A DNA stretch of 64,000 nucleotides from Pseudomonadales bacterium (GTDB lineage Bacteria; Pseudomonadota; Gammaproteobacteria; Pseudomonadales; UBA7434): NCBI GenBank assembly GCA_028223755.1, contig JAOIUY010000009.1, positions 32,288 through 96,287 of the forward strand, written 5' to 3'. Below, in pieces: positions 21,385-31,973 of this stretch. Below the pieces are notes generated by a model. That model made no database searches and had not been told where the DNA came from. It saw nothing but the letters and a program-made list of their open reading frames with translations. The translations under genes and the position numbers were made by a program. Positions within the stretch are counted from its first letter, which is position 1. Every line of letters begins with the position of its first letter.

Positions 21385-22617
21385 ATGTCTAATCATGCTG
21401 CGGGGAAAATGATCGTCGGTCTGGATATTGGCACCTCTAAAGTCGTTGCAATCGTTGGCGAACAAAACGATGAGGGTGATATTGAAATTGTTGGCATCGG
21501 TTCTCACCCTTCGAGTGGTTTGAAGAAAGGGGTGGTCGTTAATATCGAATCGACTGTGCAGTCAATTCAGCGAGCGATTGAAGAAGCTGAGTTAATGGCT
21601 GGTTGCCAGATTCATTCGGTGTATGCCGGTATTGCAGGCAATCATATTCGCAGTCTGAATTCGCATGGCATTGTGGCAATTCGAGATCGAGAGGTGATGC
21701 CTGCCGATGTTGAGCGAGTGATTGATGCGGCGCGTGCGGTGGCAATTCCTGCTGATCAAAAAATATTGCATGTGCTGCCACAAGAGTACGTGATTGATAC
21801 TCAGGAAGGTGTAAAAGAACCGCTCGGTATGTCGGGTGTGCGTCTAGAAGCAAAAGTGCACTTAGTGACTTGCGCTGTTAATGCTGCTCAAAATATTGAG
21901 AAGTGTATTCAGCGCTGCGGCTTAACGGTTGAAGATGTCATTCTTGAGCAGCTCGCCTCTAGTTATGCGGTGTTAACGGATGATGAGCGTGAGCTGGGTG
22001 TTTGTATCGTCGATATAGGTGGTGGCACAAGTGATATTGCGGTCTTCACTGAAGGTGCAATTCGTCATACAGCCAATATTCCGATTGCTGGTGATCAAGT
22101 GACTAACGATATCGCTATGGCCTTACGAACGCCGACTCAGTATGCGGAAGATATAAAAATTAAATACGCTTGCGCACTGACTCAATTAGCCGGTTTAGAT
22201 GAAACGATAAAAGTACCGAGTGTTGGCGATCGGCCACCGAGAGATTTATCACGTCAGGCATTAGCTGAAGTTGTCGAGCCACGTTACGACGAATTGTTTA
22301 CGTTGGTACAAGCAGAATTGCGTCGTAGTGGTTTCGAAGATTTGATTGCGGCGGGCATTGTATTAACTGGCGGCACCTCAAAGATGCATGGTGTTGTTGA
22401 GTTGGCTGAAGAGATTTTTCATGTACCGGTGCGACTAGGTTCGCCGATGGGTGCTTATGGTTTGCAAGATGTGACAGATAACCCGATTCATGCGACGGGT
22501 GTTGGTTTGTTGCATTACGGGTTTAAACAGCAAAGTGATTTACAACAAACAGCCGCGGCAAGTGCTAGTGCTGGATTAGTAGGGCGCGTTAAGTCGTGGT
22601 TTCAAAATAATTTTTGA
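21385..22617 (+). CDS. ftsA: Cell division protein FtsA
   Basis: 410 aa actin-fold protein. Contains VGLDIGTSKV and VDIGGGTSDIAVF. Confidence 0.96.
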   Translation: MSNHAAGKMIVGLDIGTSKVVAIVGEQNDEGDIEIVGIGSHPSSGLKKGVVVNIESTVQSIQRAIEEAELMAGCQIHSVYAGIAGNHIRSLNSHGIVAIRDREVMPADVERVIDAARAVAIPADQKILHVLPQEYVIDTQEGVKEPLGMSGVRLEAKVHLVTCAVNAAQNIEKCIQRCGLTVEDVILEQLASSYAVLTDDERELGVCIVDIGGGTSDIAVFTEGAIRHTANIPIAGDQVTNDIAMALRTPTQYAEDIKIKYACALTQLAGLDETIKVPSVGDRPPRDLSRQALAEVVEPRYDELFTLVQAELRRSGFEDLIAAGIVLTGGTSKMHGVVELAEEIFHVPVRLGSPMGAYGLQDVTDNPIHATGVGLLHYGFKQQSDLQQTAAASASAGLVGRVKSWFQNNF

Positions 22618-22705
22618 TGTTTAACTTTTTATGCTTAATTTTGAGCGATTTATTTTATTTTAATTTTTAATTTTAAAGTTTTAGCTTCCTGAGGGGGAAA
22701 TTATC

Positions 22706-23914
22706 ATGTTTGAATTAGTAGACAATGTTCCACAAAATGCAGTTATTAAAGTTGTCGGTGTTGGTGGCGGTGGCGGTAATGCTGTTAAGCATATGATTGC
22801 TAATAATATTGAAGGCGTAGAGTTTATTTGTGCTAACACTGATGCTCAGGCGCTAGCTGATATGGCGGCCAATACAGTATTACAACTTGGCGGCACAATT
22901 ACTAAAGGTCTAGGTGCTGGCGCGAATCCTGATGTTGGTCGTCAAGCTGCATTAGAAGATAGAGAGCGTATTGCTGAAGTGATTGGTGGTGCCGATATGG
23001 TATTTATCACTGCCGGAATGGGTGGTGGTACCGGAACAGGTGGTGCACCGATTATTGCAGAAGTAGCAAAAGAGATGGGCATTCTAACGGTAGCGGTTGT
23101 TACTCGCCCGTTTAAGTTCGAAGGTAAGAAAAGAAAAATGCATGCTGAAGAAGGTATTCTTGAGTTACAACAGCATGTTGATTCATTGATTACTATCCCA
23201 AATGAGAAGCTGTTAGCAGTTATGGGTAAAAACACGAGCCTGTTGGATGCATTTAAGTCAGCTAATGATGTATTGTTAGGTGCTGTACAAGGAATAGCCG
23301 ATTTAATTATTCGTCCTGGTATGATCAACGTCGATTTCGCGGATGTGCGAACAGTGATGTCTGAGATGGGTATGGCGATGATGGGCACTGGCGTATCAAG
23401 TGGCGAAACAAGAGCGCGAGAAGCCGCTGAAGCAGCGATTCGTAGCCCGCTTTTAGAGGATGTAAACCTTCAAGGAGCGCGTGGTATTTTGGTTAATATT
23501 ACCGCCGGCATGGATCTTTCTTTGGGTGAGTTTGCCGAAGTGGGTGATACGGTTGAGGAGTTTGCCTCAGATAACGCGACAGTCGTGGTTGGAACGGTTA
23601 TTGACCCTGATATGACTGATGAACTGAAAGTAACCGTTGTTGCCACCGGTTTAGGCGATGCAGCATCAGATACGCCGGTTCGTTTGGTTGATACACGTCG
23701 AACAAAACCAGTTGCTAGGCCTGATTACGGCGATTATGACTTGCCCCCAGGTAAAAGAACTAAGTCTGCTCCGGCAGAGAAAACACGCTCAACACGAGCG
23801 GTAGAAGAGCCAACTTCAGCGAAATCAAGTCGTACTGAGGCAGCGGCTCCAGCGGCAGGAAAAGACATGGAATTGCTCGATATTCCAGCCTTTTTACGTC
23901 GTCAGGCAAACTAA
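22706..23914 (+). CDS. ftsZ: Cell division GTPase FtsZ
   Basis: 402 aa. Tubulin signature [10 protein letters not shown] and C-terminal peptide DIPAFLRRQ. Strong SD (GAGGGGG) upstream. Confidence 0.98.
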   Translation: MFELVDNVPQNAVIKVVGVGGGGGNAVKHMIANNIEGVEFICANTDAQALADMAANTVLQLGGTITKGLGAGANPDVGRQAALEDRERIAEVIGGADMVFITAGMGGGTGTGGAPIIAEVAKEMGILTVAVVTRPFKFEGKKRKMHAEEGILELQQHVDSLITIPNEKLLAVMGKNTSLLDAFKSANDVLLGAVQGIADLIIRPGMINVDFADVRTVMSEMGMAMMGTGVSSGETRAREAAEAAIRSPLLEDVNLQGARGILVNITAGMDLSLGEFAEVGDTVEEFASDNATVVVGTVIDPDMTDELKVTVVATGLGDAASDTPVRLVDTRRTKPVARPDYGDYDLPPGKRTKSAPAEKTRSTRAVEEPTSAKSSRTEAAAPAAGKDMELLDIPAFLRRQAN

Positions 23915-23945
23915 AGTCATGTGCTAGGCTCAATATTCTCGATAG

Positions 23946-24027
23946 ATTTGGGTGCGGACGTTAGCAGTGACTACCATTTGCAAGCTAGTAAATGATAGGT
24001 GGTTCTGCTAGGATCCGCGCCCCAAAT
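23946..24027 (+). other. Long imperfect nested hairpin, 32 nt after the ftsZ stop
   Basis: Outer arms ATTTGGG-t-GCGGA (23946-23958) pair with TCCGC-gc-CCCAAAT (24014-24027). Inner arms TAGCAG/CTGCTA (23962-23967 with 24005-24010) and ACTACC/GGTGGT (23970-23975 with 23998-24003). Confidence 0.5.
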
Positions 24028-24242
24028 CGGTAAGTACTGGTTTGGGACTTGTTTAGGATGTTTTTAGCGATACCGTTAACCCAAAACACGTATTTATTGT
24101 TTGAATCGACCGATAGCTGTCAGTAACTGGTCATAATTCAGCTAATTTGAACTTCAAAATTCATTTTAACTGCGTATATTGCCCAGCTGTACCCAACTGG
24201 ATTTGGGGGCTGCTAGAGATAATACCGAGAATAAGGTGAGCC

Positions 24243-25154
24243 ATGATTAAACAAAGAACATTGCGAAATAGTATTCGTGCGACAGGCGTTGGTCTGCACA
24301 CGGGTAAAAAAGTGTATCTAACATTGCGTCCTGCACCTGTTGATACTGGCATTGTTTTCCGTCGTGTTGATCTTGATCCGGTTGTTGAAATTCCCGCCCA
24401 CGCCAATAATGTTGGCGACACTACATTATCGACTACGCTCGTCAAAGGCGATGTACGCATCTCTACGGTTGAGCATTTACTATCGGCGATGGCTGGTCTT
24501 GGTATCGATAATGCCTATGTAGAAATGAATGCTTCTGAAGTGCCGATCATGGATGGCAGTGCTGGTCCATTTGTCTTTTTACTGCAGTCTGCAGGTATTG
24601 AAGAGCAACCTGCCGCTAAGAAGTTTATCCGAATTAAACGTGAAGTAAGAGTCGATGATGGCGATAAATTCGCTAGTTTCTTACCTCGCAATGGTTTTAA
24701 AGTTAGCTTTACTATCGATTTTGATCACCCTGTTTTTCGTGGTCGCCCAGCGTGTGCCGAAGTTGATTTTTGCTCAACTTCTTTTGTTCGTGAAGTCAGT
24801 CGTGCACGTACTTTTGGCTTTATGCATGAAATGGAAACTTTGCGTTCGCAAGGTTTGGCGCAAGGTGGCAGTGTTGATAATGCGATCGTAGTTGATGACT
24901 ACCGTATCGTGAATGAAGATGGTCTACGCTACGAAGATGAATTTGTACGCCATAAAGTACTTGATGCTATTGGTGATTTGTATCTGTTGGGCAATAGTTT
25001 AATTGGCGAATTCCGCGCTCATAAATCGGGCCATGCGCTTAACAATATGTTGCTTCGCGAACTTGTTGCTCACCCCGATGCTTGGGAAGTTGTGACTTTC
25101 GATGATTCAGAAAAAGCACCTATTTCATTCGCATCACCGGCAATGGCCGTCTAA
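24243..25154 (+). CDS. lpxC: UDP-3-O-acyl-N-acetylglucosamine deacetylase
   Basis: 303 aa. Contains [10 protein letters not shown] and HKSGHALNN. Canonical position after ftsZ. Confidence 0.96.
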   Translation: MIKQRTLRNSIRATGVGLHTGKKVYLTLRPAPVDTGIVFRRVDLDPVVEIPAHANNVGDTTLSTTLVKGDVRISTVEHLLSAMAGLGIDNAYVEMNASEVPIMDGSAGPFVFLLQSAGIEEQPAAKKFIRIKREVRVDDGDKFASFLPRNGFKVSFTIDFDHPVFRGRPACAEVDFCSTSFVREVSRARTFGFMHEMETLRSQGLAQGGSVDNAIVVDDYRIVNEDGLRYEDEFVRHKVLDAIGDLYLLGNSLIGEFRAHKSGHALNNMLLRELVAHPDAWEVVTFDDSEKAPISFASPAMAV

Positions 25155-25504
25155 TTTAAAGACAAGCTGGCCAAACAAAGATCAAGCTGTGTATTTCTTA
25201 GTCTAAAGCTTGATCCAAGCCTCAAAATAGCTTTTCTCGCCTGTGACTAGCTATAAAAGTCCTTAGATAATAATAACTTACTGATAATTTCCCCGTCTGC
25301 TGGCTTCGGTTAGTGTTTAAAATAGCCCATTAAAACGGCGAAAATTAGCTATTCTGGTTAAACTCCCACAAAACAGATAATGAAAAATCACTCAAAATGC
25401 GTAAAATGCGCCTCTAATTTATAAGCCATAGGCTTAAATTAAACTCAGATCAAAAATAACGGCTATCTATTTTTAGTATTAGTTAGCCTGCTTGGAAAAT
25501 TTTA

Positions 25505-26446
25505 ATGAAGCTCATTCTGCTACCTCGGCGTGTTAGTCAGTCCTTCACGCTGGACACATCTAAAAGCGCTCATCAGTTGATACTGATGGGCCTTTTGTTG
25601 TTGCCGTTTGCGTTAGGTAGTTTGAGTTTTTGGTTTTATCAGTCGGTGCAAAGACAAAATTCTGAGTCAGAACTGATGATACAGTGGCAGCAAGAATTGG
25701 CTCGCCAAGCTGAAAATGTTGAACAGACTCAGCGTCAAGTGGGCGATGAGCTTTCGGCAATGACGGTTAAAGTCGCAGAGTTACAAGCCAGACTGATGCG
25801 ACTCGATGCGCTCGGTGAGCAAGTGGCTTCAGTTGCCCAGTTAGATAATGGGGAGTTTGACTTTAGTCGACGACCCGCATTAGGCGGACCAGAATTACTT
25901 AGTGATGATGACGCTTTGAGCGTTTTAGATAAGCATTCATCACTTCAGTTAATGCTAGGGCAGTTGGTTACTCATATTGATAATCGTGAGCAGCAATTGG
26001 CGTTGCTTGATAAGCAATTGACAGCGCGTGATACGCGTTTGCAAACATTTATTGCAGGTAAGCCCGTTGCTAAAGGTTGGATGTCGTCCTCTTTTGGTTA
26101 TCGAACAGATCCCTTTAGTGGTAAGCGATCTTGGCATGATGGCGTTGATTTTGCGGGTAAAGCCGGTGTTCATGTGATTGCTGTGGCGAGTGGTGTGGTG
26201 ACACATGCTGGCCGTAAGTCGGGTTACGGTAATATCGTTGAGCTCAATCATGGCAATGGTTATGTGACTCGCTATGCCCACAATGATACCCATACCGTTA
26301 CGGTCGGAGATATTGTTGATAAGGGGCAGGTGATAGCAACGATGGGAAGTAGTGGTCGTTCAACCGGACCTCATGTGCATTTTGAGGTGCTCAAAAATGG
26401 TGAGCCGATGAATCCTGAGCGTTATATCTACCGCGCTAGCCTCTAG
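25505..26446 (+). CDS. M23-family (LytM-domain) metallopeptidase with N-terminal membrane anchor and coiled coil
   Basis: 313 aa. One TM helix, a Q/E/L-rich coiled-coil part and a C-terminal domain with HDGVDFAG...GPHVHFEV. Confidence 0.85.
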   Translation: MKLILLPRRVSQSFTLDTSKSAHQLILMGLLLLPFALGSLSFWFYQSVQRQNSESELMIQWQQELARQAENVEQTQRQVGDELSAMTVKVAELQARLMRLDALGEQVASVAQLDNGEFDFSRRPALGGPELLSDDDALSVLDKHSSLQLMLGQLVTHIDNREQQLALLDKQLTARDTRLQTFIAGKPVAKGWMSSSFGYRTDPFSGKRSWHDGVDFAGKAGVHVIAVASGVVTHAGRKSGYGNIVELNHGNGYVTRYAHNDTHTVTVGDIVDKGQVIATMGSSGRSTGPHVHFEVLKNGEPMNPERYIYRASL

Positions 26447-26679
26447 TTCGTTTTTCTTGGTTTGTAACTGACCAGTCCCCTAATATATTCCTTTTCTCAT
26501 GCAGCTCTTTTTAATCTTTTGGATAATGCTTTTGCAGCCAAAAAACCTTCAACGTGGTATGCTTGCGCGCTTCGCGCGTGCCTGATTTGCTATTGGTATA
26601 GCTACCTCGCTAACCAAAATGCCAACCAAGCAGTTGATAACCGAACTAACCGTTTAAATTAGAGAAATACATAGCAGAT

Positions 26680-29415
26680 ATGATTGCAAAAACATTTAAA
26701 AAGATCTTTGGAACAAGGAATGATCGTGAGCTAAAGCGCATGAGCAAGACGGTTGCCAAAGTGAATGCATTAGAAGACAGCTACCAAGCATTAAGTGATG
26801 CTGAGCTTAAGGCTAAGACGGTTGAATTTAAGCAATGGTTAGCCGACGGTAAGACTTTGGATCAAGTTCTTCCCGATGCTTTTGCAGCGGTGAGAGAAGC
26901 AGGTTTACGTAGTTTAGGAATGCGGCATTTTGATGTGCAGCTGATTGGTGGTATCACCCTGCATGAAGGGCGTATTGCAGAGATGCGAACCGGTGAAGGT
27001 AAAACCTTGGTTGCAACCTTACCTGCTTACCTTAATGCTTTAATGGGGCAGGGTGTACATATTGTTACGGTTAATGATTACCTTGCTGAGCGTGATGCAA
27101 ATTGGATGCGACCGCTGTATGAATTTTTAGGTTTAAGCTTAGGCATTATTCAATCGGGTCAAATGCCGGATGAGAAAAAGCAGGCTTATACCGCAGATAT
27201 TACCTATGGCACGAATAATGAATTTGGTTTTGATTATCTTCGCGACAACACAGCATTTACGTTAGATGATCGTGTTTCACGCGGTACTTTTTTTGCGATT
27301 ATTGATGAGGTCGATTCGATTCTTATCGATGAGGCGCGAACGCCGTTAATTATATCCGGCGCTACGGAAGACAGTTCGGCATTATATAAACGTATGAATG
27401 CGTTGGTGCCTGCATTAAAGCGCGCGCCAAATCCTGATGATGAAGCTAAAGCTGATGCGGATGATTTTGATGCAGACGGTCATTTTGTTATTGATGAAAA
27501 GCATCGCAGCGTTGAGTTGACGGAAAATGGTCATCAATATGTTGAAGAATTACTCGTCAAAGAAAAGTTACTGGAAGAAGGTGACAGCCTTTACTCATCG
27601 ACTAATTTAAATTTATTGCACCACGTGACTACCGCTTTGCGTGCTTTGCATTTATTCCAGCGTAACGTTGAATATATTGTACAAAACGGTGATGTCGTTT
27701 TAATTGATGAGCACACTGGTCGAACTATGGCTGGGCGCCGTTTATCTGATGGAATGCATCAAGCGTTAGAAGCGAAAGAAAAAGTTAACATTCATTCTGA
27801 AAGTCAGACCTTGGCATCAACAACTTTCCAGAATTATTTTCGCTTGTATGGAAAATTATCGGGTATGACGGGTACGGCTGATACAGAAGCGCCAGAGTTT
27901 CATCAGATTTATGCTTTGGATGTGACTGTTATCCCAACCAATAAACCGACGGTTAGAAAAGATTTAAATGATTTGGTTTATTTATCGGTTGCTGAAAAAT
28001 ACAGTGCAGTTGTTAACGATATAAAAACAGCCGTCGCCAATAATGCGCCTGTTTTAGTCGGCACGGCATCCATAGAAACTTCTGAGCAATTGTCGAGATT
28101 TTTGAAGAAAGAAAAAATCGATCATCAAGTATTGAATGCTAAATTTCACAAAAGCGAAGCAAAAATAATTGCCGAGGCAGGTCGCCCGGGGGCATTAACC
28201 ATTGCCACCAATATGGCGGGCCGTGGTACGGATATTGTTTTAGGCGGTAATCTTGAGGCTGAGTTGGCCGCTTTAGATAATCCGACCGAGGCAGAAGTTG
28301 CGGCACATAAAGAAGAGTGGCAGCAACGACAAACCTTAGTGCTTGGAGCGGGTGGCTTACATATTTTTGGTACTGAACGCCATGAGTCTCGACGCATCGA
28401 TAATCAGCTGCGTGGTCGATCAGGCCGACAGGGTGATCCTGGCGTAACTCGATTCTATTTGTCGATGGACGATAGCTTAATGCGTATTTTTGCCTCGGAT
28501 GGCGTACGTAATTTTATGCAGCGTCTAGGTATGGAAGAGGGTGAGGCTATTGAGCATAAGATGGTGTCTAACGCTATAGAAAAGGCGCAGCGTAAGGTTG
28601 AAGGTCGTAACTTTGACATGCGTAAACAATTGCTCGAGTACGATGATGTTGCTAATGATCAGCGTCAAATTGTTTATCAGCAGCGCAATGATATTTTATT
28701 AGCTGATGATATCTCGGACATGATCATCAATATTTGTGACGATGTTGTGAATGATCATATTGATGGTTTTATTCCGCAACAAAGTATCGAAGAGCAATGG
28801 GATATTGAAGGTTTAGAAGCGAGTCTAACAAAAGACTACGACTTACCTTTACCGATTGCGCAATGGCTTGATGATGATGATGATTTGCATGAGCAGACAT
28901 TGCGTATAAAAATTGTTGATGCGTTAAAAATAAAGTATCAAGAAAAAACCGCACCTCTTGGACAAGCGGCTCGCCGTTTTGAAAAGCAAATTATGTTGCA
29001 AATCCTCGATTCATTATGGAAAGAGCATTTGTCGACAATGGACCATTTACGTCAAGGTATTGGTTTACGTGGTTACGCAGGACGTAACCCTAAGCAAGAG
29101 TATAAGCGTGAAGCATTTGAGTTATTCCAATCTATGCTGCACAACATGAAGTATGAGTTTATTCGCTTTTTAGCGAGAGTTCAGGTTCAGCCACAAGATG
29201 ATCCTGACGCAATTGAGAAGCAGCGTAAAGAAGAAGTGGCTAATGAATTAGTTACCGCTAATCATGATGATGCTCAAGGCATTGATTCTTTGACCGCAAG
29301 TCAACAAGCCTCTGCACAGCCCGCTATTCGTGAAGGACGTAAAGTGGGTCGCAATGAAAAATGTCCTTGTGGCTCAGGTAAAAAATTCAAACATTGTCAT
29401 GGTAAATTGGGCTAA
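26680..29415 (+). CDS. secA: Preprotein translocase ATPase SecA
   Basis: 911 aa. Contains MRTGEGKTL and [18 protein letters not shown], plus the C-terminal zinc site [14 protein letters not shown]. Confidence 0.98.
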   Translation: MIAKTFKKIFGTRNDRELKRMSKTVAKVNALEDSYQALSDAELKAKTVEFKQWLADGKTLDQVLPDAFAAVREAGLRSLGMRHFDVQLIGGITLHEGRIAEMRTGEGKTLVATLPAYLNALMGQGVHIVTVNDYLAERDANWMRPLYEFLGLSLGIIQSGQMPDEKKQAYTADITYGTNNEFGFDYLRDNTAFTLDDRVSRGTFFAIIDEVDSILIDEARTPLIISGATEDSSALYKRMNALVPALKRAPNPDDEAKADADDFDADGHFVIDEKHRSVELTENGHQYVEELLVKEKLLEEGDSLYSSTNLNLLHHVTTALRALHLFQRNVEYIVQNGDVVLIDEHTGRTMAGRRLSDGMHQALEAKEKVNIHSESQTLASTTFQNYFRLYGKLSGMTGTADTEAPEFHQIYALDVTVIPTNKPTVRKDLNDLVYLSVAEKYSAVVNDIKTAVANNAPVLVGTASIETSEQLSRFLKKEKIDHQVLNAKFHKSEAKIIAEAGRPGALTIATNMAGRGTDIVLGGNLEAELAALDNPTEAEVAAHKEEWQQRQTLVLGAGGLHIFGTERHESRRIDNQLRGRSGRQGDPGVTRFYLSMDDSLMRIFASDGVRNFMQRLGMEEGEAIEHKMVSNAIEKAQRKVEGRNFDMRKQLLEYDDVANDQRQIVYQQRNDILLADDISDMIINICDDVVNDHIDGFIPQQSIEEQWDIEGLEASLTKDYDLPLPIAQWLDDDDDLHEQTLRIKIVDALKIKYQEKTAPLGQAARRFEKQIMLQILDSLWKEHLSTMDHLRQGIGLRGYAGRNPKQEYKREAFELFQSMLHNMKYEFIRFLARVQVQPQDDPDAIEKQRKEEVANELVTANHDDAQGIDSLTASQQASAQPAIREGRKVGRNEKCPCGSGKKFKHCHGKLG

Positions 29416-29422
29416 ACCTTGT

Positions 29423-30685
29423 ATGGCTATATCGACTGACGAGCTTTCTATTCTTCCTGTTGCTGGTGTGCAATGGGGTGTGGGTTATGCAGGAATCAAA
29501 ACGTCGGGCGTTATGCCCCAAACTATAAATACAGAAACGCCTAAAAATGATTTAGCGTTAATGGCATTAGTTTCTGGCACTGTACTATCAGGTGTTTTTA
29601 CTCGCAACGCATTCTCTGCCGCGCCAGTTAAAATTGCACAAAATCGCATGCAAGCTATTGCGCAATCTTCTCATCAACAACCTACCTATTTATTAATTAA
29701 CTCGGGCAATGCTAACGCCGGAACCGGTGCTGCTGGTTATGCTGCCGCTGAACAAAGCTGTGAATCATTAGCGGATGTAGCGGCGTGTGAAGCTTCTAGA
29801 GTGTTACCTTTTTCGACCGGTGTCATTGGGCAGTTGTTGCCAGCTGATTGTATTAGTGCAGCAGCACCAGCGTTATGGCAGCAATTATCAGCAGAGGGTT
29901 GGTCACAGGCGGCTAGTGCAATTATGACTACTGATACTGTGCCTAAGGGTTTTAGTCGCACAGTAGTCGTTGACGGTACAACCATTACTCTATCGGGTAT
30001 TTGCAAGGGCGCGGGCATGATTCGCCCCGACATGGCAACGATGCTTGCCTACGTTGCTACTGATGCTGACATTGCACAAGCGGATCTTGATGCGTTATTG
30101 CAAGGTGCTGTTCAATGTTCGTTTAATCGTATTACTGTTGATGGTGATACATCAACTAACGATGCTTGTATGTTGGCAGCGACGGGCTTGTCAAAAATTG
30201 CATTGTCTCCTGCACACAAAGACTGGGCTGTTTTTCAAGCGGCGTTGAATGATCTGTTTATCAGTTTATCAACAGCTATTATTCGTGATGCTGAAGGCGC
30301 TACGAAATTTATTACCATTAATGTCAATGGTGGTCTTGATGATAAAGAGTGTTTGCAAGTAGCTTATACAGTGGCTGAATCGCCATTAGTCAAAACGGCG
30401 TTTTTTGCGAGCGATGCTAATTGGGGCCGAATTCTTGCTGCGGTAGGGCGTTCGGGTTTGAATGAGCTTGATGTAGAGCGCGTCGAAATTTTTCTTGATG
30501 ATCATCTTATTTGTGAGTGCGGCGGTACGGCCAAATCTTACTCTGAACAAACAGCTATGGCCATCATGTCGCAAAGAGATATTACTATCACTATTAATTT
30601 GCAGCGTGGCGAAATTAACGAACGTGTTTGGACCAGTGATTTATCACTCGACTATGTCCATATTAATGCCGATTATCGTACTTAA
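29423..30685 (+). CDS. argJ: Bifunctional ornithine acetyltransferase / N-acetylglutamate synthase
   Basis: Track ORF 29330..30685 overlaps secA. The ATG at 29423 (MAISTDELSILPVAG) is the sensible start. Contains the autoproteolysis region PDMATMLAYV and IMTTDTVPKG. Confidence 0.93.
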   Translation: MAISTDELSILPVAGVQWGVGYAGIKTSGVMPQTINTETPKNDLALMALVSGTVLSGVFTRNAFSAAPVKIAQNRMQAIAQSSHQQPTYLLINSGNANAGTGAAGYAAAEQSCESLADVAACEASRVLPFSTGVIGQLLPADCISAAAPALWQQLSAEGWSQAASAIMTTDTVPKGFSRTVVVDGTTITLSGICKGAGMIRPDMATMLAYVATDADIAQADLDALLQGAVQCSFNRITVDGDTSTNDACMLAATGLSKIALSPAHKDWAVFQAALNDLFISLSTAIIRDAEGATKFITINVNGGLDDKECLQVAYTVAESPLVKTAFFASDANWGRILAAVGRSGLNELDVERVEIFLDDHLICECGGTAKSYSEQTAMAIMSQRDITITINLQRGEINERVWTSDLSLDYVHINADYRT

Positions 30686-30727
30686 ATTCTATTATCGTAC
30701 TGAAACTCGATTATCGTAGAGAAACTC
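30671..30727 (+). repeat. About 19-bp direct repeat x3 (GATTATCGTA core) spanning the argJ stop codon
   Basis: ATTATCGTA at 30672-30680, 30691-30699 and 30710-30718. GAAACTC at 30702-30708 and 30721-30727. Confidence 0.8.
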
Positions 30728-30795
30728 TATCTAAATTGTACCCAGCAAATGTTTTAGAGTTTATTAGATAACTATTAAGCTAAGCGAATAATTCT

Positions 30796-31188
30796 ATGAT
30801 TCATGTTGCTGTCGGTTTATTACTTCGTTCTAATCAAGTGTTAATCGCGCTTCGACCTGATGATTCACACCAAGGTGGTTTGTGGGAGTTTCCTGGTGGT
30901 AAAGTCGAAAAGGGCGAAAGCGTCGAAGCGGCTTTAAGTCGTGAGCTCAAAGAGGAGCTTGGTGTCGAGGTGCAGTCAGCTAATCCAGTGATGCAAATTT
31001 CGCATGACTACAACGATAAAAAAGTATTATTGGATGTCTGGTCGGTAGACGCATTTAACGGCGAGCCTTGTGGCGCTGAAGGCCAGCCAGTAAAGTGGGT
31101 TTCACAGGCATCACTTCAAGAGCATCAATTCCCTGAGGCTAATCAGTCAATTGTTTTATGGCTTGAGCAGCAACTTTCGGGCGCTTAG
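30796..31188 (+). CDS. mutT: Nudix hydrolase, 8-oxo-dGTP diphosphatase type
   Basis: 130 aa. Nudix box GGKVEKGESVEAALSRELKEELGV. Position after secA/argJ. Confidence 0.88.
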   Translation: MIHVAVGLLLRSNQVLIALRPDDSHQGGLWEFPGGKVEKGESVEAALSRELKEELGVEVQSANPVMQISHDYNDKKVLLDVWSVDAFNGEPCGAEGQPVKWVSQASLQEHQFPEANQSIVLWLEQQLSGA

Positions 31189-31199
31189 TTTTAATTTTT

Positions 31200-31568
31200 C
31201 TAATCAGCTATTTTATTTGCCAGTTCATTTTTATTGGCGCATTCATCAAGTGTAATGACCAACATCCCTTTATAGACTTCAACTAGACAGATTGCCTCTT
31301 TTTTAAACCCTGCTTTTTCTAGCCATTTTCCTTGTAGCTGAATAAACGGTATCGGACTTTTTTTTGCTGTGCTAGATCCTTGTTTTACTTTTGCCGTTTT
31401 AAGCTGCTGAAAATCAGCATAGGGTTTTTCTGGTTCCTCTATTAGACTTTTATTTTTAAGGTACGATTTTTTCTTGAAGTGGTAAATATTGTTATCACAG
31501 TGGTGGATGATATTAAGCTTACGATTTTGGTTCGCTATATTCACTATATTCGCGATGGAGGTCATCAT
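31200..31568 (-). CDS. SymE-family (AbrB-fold) type I toxin-like protein
   Basis: 122 aa. The C-terminal half IPFIQLQGKWLEKAGFKKEAICLVEVYKGMLVITL aligns by eye with the E. coli SymE core IPAITLKGQWLEAAGF...VKVMEGCIVLT. The N-terminal half is Lys/Asn-rich. The gene is visibly more AT-rich than its neighbours. Confidence 0.7.
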   Translation of the reverse strand: MMTSIANIVNIANQNRKLNIIHHCDNNIYHFKKKSYLKNKSLIEEPEKPYADFQQLKTAKVKQGSSTAKKSPIPFIQLQGKWLEKAGFKKEAICLVEVYKGMLVITLDECANKNELANKIAD

Positions 31569-31659
31569 TTTTTTAATCCCTAATCATACTCTCTTGATAA
31601 GCTTTTAACGCAAGAGGAGGCTGAAAGTTAAATATCCAGAGCGCAAAATTTTAACACTA

Positions 31660-31679
31660 TACTGTTTTTATATACAGTA
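31660..31679 (-). promoter_or_regulatory. LexA (SOS) box upstream of the SymE-like gene
   Basis: TACTGTTTTTATATACAGTA equals CTGT-N8-ACAG. It is embedded in a perfect 9-bp-arm palindrome, CTATACTGT-N8-ACAGTATAG (31657-31682). Lies 92 bp upstream of the ATG at 31568. Confidence 0.75.
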
Positions 31680-31757
31680 TAGGGATGCTGTAGAGGTGCT
31701 TAGAAGTGTAAAAAGAATGAGAGTTAAGATTGTTTTTTTAGTTGGATCGATGGTTCT

Positions 31758-31973
31758 TTAATTATCGCTGAGATTGCTTTCACTAAAAATATCATCATAG
31801 TTTGGTGAGCCTGCAATACGCTGCTCTTCATTTGCCCAGTCAATAAAATCATTATTTTTACAGCGGGTAGAGCAAAAGGGTCTTTCGGGATATTGATCTG
31901 TCCATTCAATCGACTGCTGGCAATTAGGGCAGTCTACAGTGAGCGCGGGCTTTTTGATTGAATCGTTTGTCAT
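31758..31973 (-). CDS. yacG: DNA gyrase inhibitor YacG (zinc finger)
   Basis: 71 aa. Contains CPNCQQ...PFCSTRCKNNDFIDW. Lies directly downstream of coaE. Confidence 0.9.
   Translation of the reverse strand: MTNDSIKKPALTVDCPNCQQSIEWTDQYPERPFCSTRCKNNDFIDWANEEQRIAGSPNYDDIFSESNLSDN

Noticed and set aside
25155-25504. 350-bp ORF-free spacer between lpxC and the M23 peptidase, inspected for a small RNA or small protein
   Set aside because: It contains only a 9-bp stem with an 18-nt loop and no T-tract (25180-25215), and a 14-codon ORF without an SD. Nothing I can support from sequence alone.
26499-26585. 28-codon mini-ORF (MQLFLIFWIMLLQPKNLQRGMLARFARA) upstream of secA, considered as a SecM-like arrest peptide
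   Set aside because: No Shine-Dalgarno. No signal-peptide-plus-arrest-motif architecture like SecM (no ...GIRAGP-type end). It stops 95 nt before secA. Nothing beyond position supports it.
29330-29422. Long N-terminal extensions offered by the ORF track: argJ from 29330, ileS from 37362, coaE to 32662, bamD from 53221, murC from 17977, mlaC from 398
   Set aside because: Each extension overlaps the preceding gene or adds non-conserved residues ahead of a well-known family N-terminus. An internal ATG restores the canonical start in every case.
31527-31600. Candidate SymR-like antisense promoter or terminator opposite the 5' end of the SymE-like gene
   Set aside because: I could only find weak -35/-10 look-alikes (TTAAGC ... 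TATATT) and a 4-bp stem before a T-run, which is far too weak to call. Left as an experimental check in the SymE finding.
31724-31909. 61-aa minus-strand ORF overlapping yacG
   Set aside because: It is out of frame with the clearly recognisable YacG zinc-finger protein, which occupies the same DNA.
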